Shown in pieces: positions 1 to 8,315 of a stretch of 64,000 bases of DNA (positions are counted from its first letter, which is position 1; each line of letters starts with the position of its first letter). Position numbers and translations under genes: made by a program. The notes under the pieces were generated by a model. It did no database searches and was not told where the DNA came from. It saw only the letters and a list, made by a program, of their open reading frames with translations. This DNA comes from Planctomycetota bacterium. Lineage in GTDB: Bacteria; Planctomycetota; UBA1135; UBA2386. The stretch is taken from assembly GCA_020425925.1 (NCBI GenBank), contig JAGQRB010000304.1:5243-69242 (forward strand). The letters are read 5' to 3'.

Positions 1-1
1 C

Positions 2-2110
2 GCGAGTTTCGGCGGCACGTCGGGCGCGACGCCGATGTGCGCCGGCCACAACGCGCTCGCGATCCAGATGTACACCGACTTCCTGTTCGGCAACTCGCCG
101 ACGGTGCCGGGCGGCACCCGGTTCCAGAACCGTCCGCTGGCGCAGACGCTCAAGACGATCATGATCGCGAGCGCGCAGCAGTACGCGTTCACCGGTGCGA
201 GCACCGACAACCGCCGCGAGCACCAGGGCTGGGGCTTCCCGAGCCTGCAGCGGCTCTACGACACTCGCAACCGCATGTTCATCGTGCCCGAGGACCAGCC
301 GCTGCTGCAGGGTCAGACCGACAGCTACACGATCGCGGTCGCGGCCGGTGAGCCCGAGCTCAAGGTGTCGATGTCGTTCGTCGATCCGGCGGGCAACCCG
401 GCGGCGTCGCAGGCGGCGATCAACGACCTGACGCTGCGCCTGACCTCGCCCGGCGGAACGGTCTACTGGGGCAACAACGGCCTGTCGGCCGGCAACTACT
501 CGACGGCCGGCGGCAGCGCCAACACGATCGACACCGTCGAGAACGTGTTCGTGCAGAACCCACAGGCCGGCAACTGGACGGTCGACGTCATCGCGACGCT
601 CGTCGCGCAGGATGCCCACGTCGCCACCGGCGCGGTCGACGCGACCTATGCGCTGACGGTCTTCGGCGGCGTCGAGAGCGCCGCGCCGGCCGTCTGCGCG
701 CGCTACGTGCCCGACAGCAACCCGACGGCCGGCGGCTGCAACGTGATCCCGTTCGGCACCGCGATGAACGCCGCGCTGACCTCGCTGTTCGCCGCCAACA
801 ACGGTGGGTCGACCGGTGGTTGCGTCTACTTCGACATCACCGTCACCAACCAGATCACGATCGAGTCGATCGACGTCAACACGTCGGTCAGCGGCTCGGC
901 GATCGCGATGGAGGTCTATCTGACCCAGCCCGGCGGGACCTACGTCGGCAACCAGACCAACGCCGGCGCGTGGGATTCCGTCGGTCTCGCGAACGGCACC
1001 GCTGCCGGCAGCAACAACCAGTCGAACCTGGTGCTCGCGCAGCCGTTGACGATCCGTCCGGGTAGCTACGGCATGGCGTTCCGGGCCGTGAACTTCAACC
1101 ACCGCTACACCAACGGCACGGGCAGCAACCAGAGCTACTCGAACGCCGACATCGCGCTGCAGTTCGGCAGCGCCACCAACACGCCGTTCTCGGGTTCGGT
1201 GTACGACCCGCGCGTCGCGAACGTCGAGCTCAACTACGCCGTGCCCTCGACGACGACGTGGCGCAACCAGCGCTACCAGACCATCATGACGTCGGCGCAG
1301 CTCGGCGCTGCCGGCAGCATCTCGAGCGTCTCGTTCGCCCCCTGCGGCAGCGGCACGCACGCGAGCGAGAGCCTGCGGATCACGATGTCGCACGTGCCGG
1401 CCGGCTGGAGCCTGTCGAACACGTTCGCGAACAACCTGCCGTCGCCCGTGACCGTGCTGAACATGGCGCCGCACGCGTTCCGCTACCAGCAGAACCAGTG
1501 GGGAGCGGTCGGACTTCAGACGCCGTTCGCCTACAACGGTACCAGTGACCTCGTCATCGAGGTGATCTCGACCGGCAACAAGCCGTTCGAGGACGCCGGC
1601 AGCACCGCGTTCCGCACCGGCTCGGTGAATCGTGTCTACGCCTTCGGCTGGAGCGGTTCGCCGCCGGCGACCGGCACGGTCGGCAGCTCGTCCGCGCTCA
1701 AGATGCGCGTCGAGTTCGGCTGCGCCAACCTGCAGCTCTACGGCACCGGCTGCGGCGGGCTGCGGCTGTCGGCGAGCGGTTCGCCCGTGCTCGGCGGCAG
1801 CTACTCGGTCACCGCGAGCGGCGGTGCGCCGAGCACGACGATCTGGCTCTACACCGGTGCCCTCACCGGGCAGCCGTTCGACTACCACCCGTACGGCTAC
1901 ACCAACTGCTTCGGTTGGCAGGGCTTCTCGAGCGTGAACTCGACGACGACCGATGCCGCCGGCAACGCGACCGTCAACGTCGCCGTGCCGAACAACACCG
2001 CGTTGATCGGTGCGCTCAGCGGCTCGCAGTTCCTGCAGAGCAACCCGAACGTCGCGGGCAGCTTCGGCTTCTCGAACGCCGCGCGGGTCGTGACCGGCCT
2101 GCTGCCGTAG
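2..2110 (+). CDS. S8 (subtilisin/kexin-like) serine peptidase, 5'-truncated at the window edge. Carries a proprotein-convertase-type P-domain, lectin/jelly-roll-like modules and the recurrent C-terminal tail.
   Basis: The frame is open from nt 2. ASFGGTSGATPMCAG is the G-T-S-x-A-x-P catalytic-Ser motif of S8 peptidases. AINDLTLRLTSPGGTVYWGNNG...GNWTVDVIA fits the P-domain pattern. Third codon positions are strongly G/C. The last ~131 aa (about 1715-2107) are the shared tail. Confidence 0.85.
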   Translation, partial: ASFGGTSGATPMCAGHNALAIQMYTDFLFGNSPTVPGGTRFQNRPLAQTLKTIMIASAQQYAFTGASTDNRREHQGWGFPSLQRLYDTRNRMFIVPEDQPLLQGQTDSYTIAVAAGEPELKVSMSFVDPAGNPAASQAAINDLTLRLTSPGGTVYWGNNGLSAGNYSTAGGSANTIDTVENVFVQNPQAGNWTVDVIATLVAQDAHVATGAVDATYALTVFGGVESAAPAVCARYVPDSNPTAGGCNVIPFGTAMNAALTSLFAANNGGSTGGCVYFDITVTNQITIESIDVNTSVSGSAIAMEVYLTQPGGTYVGNQTNAGAWDSVGLANGTAAGSNNQSNLVLAQPLTIRPGSYGMAFRAVNFNHRYTNGTGSNQSYSNADIALQFGSATNTPFSGSVYDPRVANVELNYAVPSTTTWRNQRYQTIMTSAQLGAAGSISSVSFAPCGSGTHASESLRITMSHVPAGWSLSNTFANNLPSPVTVLNMAPHAFRYQQNQWGAVGLQTPFAYNGTSDLVIEVISTGNKPFEDAGSTAFRTGSVNRVYAFGWSGSPPATGTVGSSSALKMRVEFGCANLQLYGTGCGGLRLSASGSPVLGGSYSVTASGGAPSTTIWLYTGALTGQPFDYHPYGYTNCFGWQGFSSVNSTTTDAAGNATVNVAVPNNTALIGALSGSQFLQSNPNVAGSFGFSNAARVVTGLLP

Positions 2111-2310
2111 CGCGCGGCGCGGTCGAAACGCTGTCCGGGCCGTGCCGTTGTGCCAAATCCGCGATTCTCGCGTCGGCGCATCGGCATCCCGGACAGCGAC
2201 TTGCAGCGATTGCGAAAAGCCGGCGGCGACTCGCTCCGGAATCCGCCTCGGGGTTCGAGGTCGGCATGTGGCCGACGCGAATCCCGACGAGTTCCGAGCG
2301 AGACAGACCG

Positions 2311-4197
2311 ATGAGCCTTTCGACCAACCCGTTCCGTTCCTGCTGCCTGACCGCTGCGTTGTTCGCCGCGGCTCCGCTCGCCGCGCAGATGGAGATCACC
2401 TGCGGCGGCTACGTGCTGACGGACAGCAACAGCGTCCGCCTGCTCGATCCGCAAGGCGGCACGGCGTTCCATCTCGTCGCCGGCAGCTTCCCGTACGCGA
2501 CGCTGTCGGCGGTCGGACCGCGCATCGTCGTGACCGAGTCGGCCGGCGTGCGCATCCTCGACCGCAGCGGCGCGCTGGTGGGCGCGCTGATCGCGAAGCT
2601 CGGGAGCTTCCAGAGCGTCGCGCTCGGTGACGACCGCATCGTGGTGATCGACGACGACCGCGTCCGGATCTTCGACCTCGACGGTGCGGCGATCGGCGCG
2701 CCGATCCAGAAGACCGGCACGCAGCGCCAGAGCGTCGAGGTCGGCGGTGGCCGCGTGATCGTCATCGACACCGACCGGGTGCGCATCTTCGATCGCGACG
2801 GCCTGCCGATCGGGGCGCCGATCCCCAACACGGGTCAGTTCAAGCAACGCGTGCAGGTCGCCGGCGACCGCATCGTCGTGACCGACGACAACCGGGTGCA
2901 GATCTTCGACAAGGACGGCCTGCCGAAGGGCGCGCCGATCACGAAGACCGGTACGAACCGCCAGACCGTGATCATCGACGGCGATCGGATCATCGTGATC
3001 GACGACGACCGCGTCCGCATCTTCGACAAGGACGGCTTCCCGCAGGGGGCACCGATCACGAAGACCGGCACGTCGCGGCAGCAGGTCAAGATCGACGGCG
3101 ATCGCATCATCGTGATCGACACCGACCGCGTCCGGGTCTTCGACAAGAACGGGTTCCCGATCGGGGCACCGGTGACCAACACCGGCACCCACCCGCAGAC
3201 CGTCGAGATCACCAAGGACCGAATCATCATCACCGACGACAACCGCACCGAGATCTTCGACCGCGGCATGGTGCCCCAGGGTGCACCGATTGCGAAGACC
3301 GGCACCGACCGCCAGATCGTCGTCGTCTCGGACGACGCGGTGGTCGTGATCGATCAGGATCGCACCCGGATCTTCGACAAGAACGGTCTGGCCCAGGGCG
3401 CGCCGATCCTCAAGACCGGTTGGGACACGCAGCGCGTTCGCATCGACGGCAACCGCATCCTCGTCACCGACACCGATCAGGTCCGCGTCTTCGACCTGAG
3501 CGGCAATCCGATCGGCGCGCCGATCCCGGTCACGCAGGTCGACGAGTACGACGTGCTGCTGTTCCCGACCTGCTTCACGATCGTCGACAACTTCAGCACG
3601 GTGAAGATCTACGACCGCGACGCGCAGCTGCTCGGCAACCCGATCCCGGTCGGTCTCGGCGTGCAGCACGTGCAGGCGACGGCCGATCGGCTGCTGGTCG
3701 TCGATGACAACCGCGTTCGGCAGTTCGACATGCTCGGCCAGCAGATCGGCAGCGCGGTGTTCACGGCGGGCGATCCGGAGGCCCGGCCGCTGTGCTTCGC
3801 AGCGGGCTCGCTCGAGTACTACGGCCCCGCCTGCGGCTCGGCGCAGCAGTCGGCCTACGGCGAACCGATCGTCGGCAGCACCGTGCACTACGAGTTGCTC
3901 GCCGCACCCGCGAGTGCGCTCGCGATGATGAGCATCGGCTTCGGGCGCTTGCCGAGCCCGCTCGATCTCGGCCCCTACGGCGCGCCCGGCTGCCTGGTGC
4001 AGAGTGATACACCGATCGTGTATCCGCTGGTGACCGACACCGAGGGTTACGGCAGCATCGGCGTCGGGCTGCCGGTCGACCAGGTCTGGCTCGGCGTGCA
4101 GTTCACGACCCAGTTCTTCGCCATCGATCCGCCCGCAAACGCACTCGGCGTCGCCGTGACGGGCGCGATCGAGACGACGATCGGCCAGGGCGTCTGA
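2311..4197 (+). CDS. Secreted NHL-like repeat beta-propeller protein with about 12 repeats of ~40 aa and the recurrent C-terminal tail
   Basis: ATG at 2311 gives the signal peptide MSLSTNPFRSCCLTAALFAAAPLAAQ. Very regular repeats follow: DRIIVIDDDRVRIFDKDGfPxGAPItKTGTxRQxV. The tail is at about 3811-4194. The upstream part of ORF 1915..4197 is Arg/Ala-rich junk that overlaps the previous gene. Confidence 0.85.
   Translation: MSLSTNPFRSCCLTAALFAAAPLAAQMEITCGGYVLTDSNSVRLLDPQGGTAFHLVAGSFPYATLSAVGPRIVVTESAGVRILDRSGALVGALIAKLGSFQSVALGDDRIVVIDDDRVRIFDLDGAAIGAPIQKTGTQRQSVEVGGGRVIVIDTDRVRIFDRDGLPIGAPIPNTGQFKQRVQVAGDRIVVTDDNRVQIFDKDGLPKGAPITKTGTNRQTVIIDGDRIIVIDDDRVRIFDKDGFPQGAPITKTGTSRQQVKIDGDRIIVIDTDRVRVFDKNGFPIGAPVTNTGTHPQTVEITKDRIIITDDNRTEIFDRGMVPQGAPIAKTGTDRQIVVVSDDAVVVIDQDRTRIFDKNGLAQGAPILKTGWDTQRVRIDGNRILVTDTDQVRVFDLSGNPIGAPIPVTQVDEYDVLLFPTCFTIVDNFSTVKIYDRDAQLLGNPIPVGLGVQHVQATADRLLVVDDNRVRQFDMLGQQIGSAVFTAGDPEARPLCFAAGSLEYYGPACGSAQQSAYGEPIVGSTVHYELLAAPASALAMMSIGFGRLPSPLDLGPYGAPGCLVQSDTPIVYPLVTDTEGYGSIGVGLPVDQVWLGVQFTTQFFAIDPPANALGVAVTGAIETTIGQGV
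2410..3790 (+). repeat. Tandem in-frame coding repeats, about 12 units of ~117-123 bp (NHL-like blades)
   Basis: The motif (V/I)xDxxxxR(V/I)x(I/V)FDxxGxxxGAPI recurs about every 40 aa in the translated sequence. Confidence 0.8.
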
Positions 4198-4246
4198 CCC
4201 TGGCCTTTGGGGGCGTCGTCCCGGACTTCGCTCGGCCGTATCGGGA

Positions 4247-4268
4247 GTGACCGTATCTTCACGGTCAC
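4247..4268. promoter_or_regulatory. Perfect 8-bp inverted repeat GTGACCGT-N6-ACGGTCAC in the intergenic region. Could be an operator or a weak terminator hairpin.
   Basis: Read directly from the sequence. It lies 50 bp after the stop at 4197 and 83 bp before the ATG at 4351. There is no T-tract. Confidence 0.25.
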
Positions 4269-4350
4269 GGTGTCGCGCCCGCGACCCCGGCTCGCGTTCG
4301 GCCGTTACTCTTCGATGCCCCAAACACCCCTCGAGGCTTCCGGAATCCCA

Positions 4351-6102
4351 ATGCAGCTTTCTTTCGCTCTTCGTTCCTTTGCGTCGCTCGCCGGCGGCGC
4401 CCTGCTCTTGCCCTGCGCGTTTGCGCAGGACGGTTGCACCCCGCCGACCGGCGTGTCGGTCGATTCGATCCCCGGCGGTGCGCCCGTCACCGTGATCTAC
4501 ACCAACTTCCCCGGCGCGCCGACGAACGTCGTGCCGGGTCTCGGCGTCCCGTTCGCGCCGGGCACGTCGACGGTGACCTTCGTGCGCCCGTGGATCTCGG
4601 CGGACGATTCACAGTTCGCGCTCGAGATCGATGCCGACACCGGCAGCACGAGCGACGACAACTGCCTGCTGCTCAACGGCGCGCTGCTGATGCAGGAAGG
4701 CACCCAGGCGCCGTGGGGCGCCCCCGGCGAGCTCATCGGCACGATCGATGATTCGTACGGCATCAACAACGCCGGTGACATCCTGATCGGCAACAACACG
4801 ACCGCGGCCGCGAACGACGACTACGTCGTGCTGATCTCGGGCGGCGTGTTCACCGCGCTCGCGCAGGAGGGTGGTCTCGTCGATCCGTTCCTGCCGTCGC
4901 TCGCCGGCGCCACCTGGGACGATGCGCTCGACACCTGCCGGCTCGCGACGACCGGGCCGCTGTTCAACGGCGACGGCATCGACGGTCTCGCCGGCGGCAC
5001 CATCGGCGACGAGATCCAGCTGATCCCCGGCGGCTTCCTGCGCGAGTCCTTCGACGCGCCGATCGGTCTCGTGACCCCGGCGCTGTGGGAGAACTTCACG
5101 TTCGAGGAGTTCTACGTCTCGGCCGACGGCTCGACCTACGTGCTGATGGGCGACACCGACGGCGCGACGACCGAGGACCAGATCCTCACCGTCAACAACG
5201 TCGTCGTGCTGCAGGAGGGCTTTGCGATCGCCGGCGGCCCGTTCATCGAGCCGATCGACTCGTCGGGCATCGTGCAGGCGTGGCTCGACCACGGCGGCAA
5301 CTGGTACGCGCGCGGCAACAACGACGTCACCGAGCAGGACTGGGTCGTGCGCAACGGCGCGGTCGTCGCGTTCTCGGACGGCAGTGACCCGATCGTCCCC
5401 GGTGCGACCGAGTACTGGAGCGACACCGACTTCTCCGACTGCTTCTTCGGCTTCGATGGCAACAGCAGCGGCGCCTACATCATCGCCGGCGTGACCGATG
5501 CACCGTCGGATGCCAACGGTGTCATCGTCTACGACGACGGCACGGGCAACCGCATGGTCGTCGTCCGCGAGAACGATCCGGTCGACATCGACGGCGACGG
5601 CTTCTACGACGACGACCTCTACTTCAACACGTTCGGCAACGACGACGAGCTGCTGCTCGAGAGCGGCGACGTGATCTTCACCGCGACGCTGCGCAACGGC
5701 GCCGGCGCGACGGTCTGCACCGGCATCTTCCGCGTCACGCCGGGCGGTGCGAGCTGCGCGCTGCGCAACGGCACAGGCATCAACAACCTCGGCTTCGACT
5801 GCTCGACGCTGCCGGTCCTCGGCTCGACGTTCACGGTCGACGTCCCGGTCGGCTCGACCACCGCGCTGACCTTCGCGATGACCGCGTTCGCGCCGATGGC
5901 GCCGCTGCCGCTGCTGACCGGCGAGGTCCTGATCGACACCAACGCGATCAGCATCCCGGGCTTCGGCGCGCACAACATCCCGCTGCCGGCGAACCCGTCG
6001 TTCACGGGCCTGCCGTTCTTCATGCAGGGCTTCCGCTTCGACACCGCCGGCGGCGGCACGATCGTGTTCTACAACGCGATCGACGCGATCGTCGGCAACT
6101 GA
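4351..6102 (+). CDS. Secreted hypothetical protein with the recurrent C-terminal tail
   Basis: ATG at 4351 gives the signal peptide MQLSFALRSFASLAGGALLLPCAFAQ. GC3 bias is consistent with coding. The tail is at about 5755-6099 (FDCSTLPVLGSTFTVDV...IPLPANPSFTGLPFFMQGFRFD...AIVGN). Confidence 0.8.
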   Translation: MQLSFALRSFASLAGGALLLPCAFAQDGCTPPTGVSVDSIPGGAPVTVIYTNFPGAPTNVVPGLGVPFAPGTSTVTFVRPWISADDSQFALEIDADTGSTSDDNCLLLNGALLMQEGTQAPWGAPGELIGTIDDSYGINNAGDILIGNNTTAAANDDYVVLISGGVFTALAQEGGLVDPFLPSLAGATWDDALDTCRLATTGPLFNGDGIDGLAGGTIGDEIQLIPGGFLRESFDAPIGLVTPALWENFTFEEFYVSADGSTYVLMGDTDGATTEDQILTVNNVVVLQEGFAIAGGPFIEPIDSSGIVQAWLDHGGNWYARGNNDVTEQDWVVRNGAVVAFSDGSDPIVPGATEYWSDTDFSDCFFGFDGNSSGAYIIAGVTDAPSDANGVIVYDDGTGNRMVVVRENDPVDIDGDGFYDDDLYFNTFGNDDELLLESGDVIFTATLRNGAGATVCTGIFRVTPGGASCALRNGTGINNLGFDCSTLPVLGSTFTVDVPVGSTTALTFAMTAFAPMAPLPLLTGEVLIDTNAISIPGFGAHNIPLPANPSFTGLPFFMQGFRFDTAGGGTIVFYNAIDAIVGN

Positions 6103-6132
6103 CCGACGCGCGCGGCGCTATTCTCGCCGGCG

Positions 6133-7170
6133 ATGCACGACTGCCACATCTTCACGGCGCTCTGCCTCGCCGGCGCCGCGAGCGCGCAGGGTGGAATCAC
6201 GACCCAATGGACCGCCCTGACGCCGATCGTCGCGCAGTGGGTCAATGCACCCGCGAACGCCCCGAACCCGATCGTCAGCCATCCGGCCGGGCCGTTGCCG
6301 AACGCTCCGCTCGAGGTCGAGGTGTTCGTCGGGACGGGCGGCAGCAACTCGGCTTCGTTCTCGGTGACGCCTCTGCCGCCGCTGCCGGGAGTGGTCGGGC
6401 GGACCGCGCTGCGGGCCGACGCCTACGTGCCGTACTACGAACAGACGCGCACGAGCGCGGACCTGCTGCTACGGATCGCCGGCCCGACTGCCGGCGTCGG
6501 GTCGCTCGAACTCCAGATCGTGTCGCTCGGTGACTTCCCGGACCCGAACGCGCTGCGCGTCGACGTCGGCAACGACGGCACGTTCGAGCTGCGCTCGAAC
6601 CCGACCGCCGGCAGCATCACGGCGCTCGAGCGCCACGCATGGTTCGCGTGGGACTTCGCCAACGGTCCACTCGAGGTTCGCGTCGTGCACGACGTCTACA
6701 GCAGGCCCGCGCCGCAGTTCTACGAACTCGTCACGGCCTTCCGACCGTGGGTCGCCGGCGTCGACACGATCGGTGACGACTGTGGCAGCGAAGCGCCGGA
6801 GCCCGGCTCGACCGGCTACACGACGTGCTACCACCTCGCGGCGCTGCCGCCGTTCCGACCCGAGGACGCGCTGACGCTGCGCGCGAGCGGCATCGGTTAC
6901 TACGGCGCGTTCCTGCTGAGCGATCGCCCGGACACCGTCACGTTCCAGCTCGGGGGATCCCCCTCGCCGGCGTGCGATCTGCTCGACGATGTCGTGTTCA
7001 CCTGCCTCGGCGGGATCTCCGGTGCTCGGACGACGGCATGGGTGCCGCTCGCGACCGAGTGGATCGCGCCGCTGCCGGTGCTGCCACCCGGCCTCGACAT
7101 CCACGTCCAGCATGCGAGCCTGGTGCTGCCGTACCTCGGCCTCACCAACCGCGTGCACATCCGGACCTGA
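6133..7170 (+). CDS. Secreted hypothetical protein. The C-terminus is only a degenerate version of the shared tail.
   Basis: Signal peptide MHDCHIFTALCLAGAASAQ and coding-like composition. No recognisable catalytic motifs. Confidence 0.7.
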   Translation: MHDCHIFTALCLAGAASAQGGITTQWTALTPIVAQWVNAPANAPNPIVSHPAGPLPNAPLEVEVFVGTGGSNSASFSVTPLPPLPGVVGRTALRADAYVPYYEQTRTSADLLLRIAGPTAGVGSLELQIVSLGDFPDPNALRVDVGNDGTFELRSNPTAGSITALERHAWFAWDFANGPLEVRVVHDVYSRPAPQFYELVTAFRPWVAGVDTIGDDCGSEAPEPGSTGYTTCYHLAALPPFRPEDALTLRASGIGYYGAFLLSDRPDTVTFQLGGSPSPACDLLDDVVFTCLGGISGARTTAWVPLATEWIAPLPVLPPGLDIHVQHASLVLPYLGLTNRVHIRT

Positions 7171-8283
7171 TCAGCGCACGACGCCGCCGGCGAGTGAGCT
7201 CGTGCGGATCGGCGCGCTGAGGCCGGCGAAACCCTGGACCCAGACGCCGCGGTCGACGAGCGCCGAGACCAGCGGGATGCTCCAGCTCGCGCTGGCGTTG
7301 CCGGTGGCGTCGGTGAACAGCATGCCGACCGGCTGGCAGCCGCCGCCGAGCAGGTTCGGCTGCTCGAACAGGACGCCCGGTTGGAAGCCGATCAGGAGAT
7401 TCGCGAACACGCCGATCGGCTCGTTCGGCTCGCTGAGGAACGCGAGGTCGAGCGTGCCGCCGGGCGTCATCGGCGCGGTGCGGCGGATGCCGAGCAGCGG
7501 ACCGCTCGGCAGTGCGCCGCAGTTCGGGGTCAACGTCGTGCGCGCCTGCCGGCCGTGCGCACTCGCGGCCTCGATCGGGCAGACCGCGGGGTCGCTGATC
7601 ACGTTCGAGTCGCTGAGCCAGATCGTGCTCTCGGCGTCGGCGATCAACCCGGGTCGGCTCGTCGGACCGTTGCCGCCCTGGATCGTGCAGCCGCTGGCCT
7701 GGAACGTGCCCACGCGCACATCGACACCGACGCTGACGCCGTTGTAGCCGCCGGTCGCGCTGGTGCCCTCGAACGTCGAGCCGATCGCGCTGACGAACGC
7801 GTGGTCGACGACCAGCGCGGCGTTCGGGTTGATGATCGCCGGACCGCGGCCGAGGACCATGCAGTCCTGCATGTGACACCGTCCTCCGACCGCGACCAGG
7901 ATGTCGCCGTTCGAGACGAACGTGCACTGATCGAGGGTCACCGACCCGTTCGTGATCGTGAAGCCGCGGTACTCGAGACCGATGACGTGGATCGCCTTGC
8001 CGGCCGGCGCGGCGATCCCGCTCAGGAACGGCCCGTTCTCGAGCACGACCGTGCCCGGTGTCAGCGCACGCACCGTCAGCGCCTTGTTGATCGAGACGCG
8101 CGGGTAGGTGCCCGGCGCGACATGCACGATGTCACCGTCGACCGCGGCGGCGACGGCGTCGCCGATCGTCGCGAACCCGCCGGGGCCGACCAGGTGGGTC
8201 GTCTGGGCGCCGGCCGGCGCGACCAGCAGGCCGGCGATCAGAGGCGTGACGAGGAGCGCGAGCCGGAGGGGGCGACAGTGCAT
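7171..8283 (-). CDS. Secreted right-handed beta-helix (pectin-lyase-fold-like) protein with the recurrent C-terminal tail
   Basis: ATG at 8283 gives MHCRPLRLALLVTPLIAGLLVAPAGAQ. GDIVHVAPGTY...ITNGSVTLDQCTF...STFEG is a typical beta-helix turn pattern. The tail is at about 7174-7527. The remainder of ORF 7171..9363 is Arg-rich junk antisense to the next gene. Confidence 0.8.
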   Translation of the reverse strand: MHCRPLRLALLVTPLIAGLLVAPAGAQTTHLVGPGGFATIGDAVAAAVDGDIVHVAPGTYPRVSINKALTVRALTPGTVVLENGPFLSGIAAPAGKAIHVIGLEYRGFTITNGSVTLDQCTFVSNGDILVAVGGRCHMQDCMVLGRGPAIINPNAALVVDHAFVSAIGSTFEGTSATGGYNGVSVGVDVRVGTFQASGCTIQGGNGPTSRPGLIADAESTIWLSDSNVISDPAVCPIEAASAHGRQARTTLTPNCGALPSGPLLGIRRTAPMTPGGTLDLAFLSEPNEPIGVFANLLIGFQPGVLFEQPNLLGGGCQPVGMLFTDATGNASASWSIPLVSALVDRGVWVQGFAGLSAPIRTSSLAGGVVR

Positions 8284-8315
8284 GGTCGGATCGTAGCTCC
8301 TCCCGGTTCCGGGGA

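Noticed and set aside
1715-2107. Interpreting the shared C-terminal module as a T9SS CTD, PEP-CTERM, LPXTG or a similar known sorting signal
   Set aside because: There is no terminal hydrophobic helix plus basic tail, and no PEP, LPXTG or GlyGly motif. The conserved positions (G-C ... G-C ... Q-x-F-x-x-D ... S-N) do not fit the T9SS CTD consensus as I recall it. I left it unassigned rather than naming a family.
2128-2197. Perfect 11-bp inverted repeat CGCTGTCCGGG ... CCCGGACAGCG with a 48-nt spacer between the first two genes
   Set aside because: It could form a long-loop stem or be a protein-binding site. With such a large loop, no T-tract and no second copy in the window, I cannot support a functional call.
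1897-4323. 808-aa ORF on the minus strand, antisense to the NHL-like repeat gene
   Set aside because: The translation is dominated by Arg/Asp/Ala/Gly/His runs (…DRRADRRTVEVEDPDAVVVDHHDAVV…). It has no signal or domain logic. It is the mirror image of the repeat structure on the plus strand. Long antisense ORFs are expected in DNA whose coding strand has G/C at nearly every third position.
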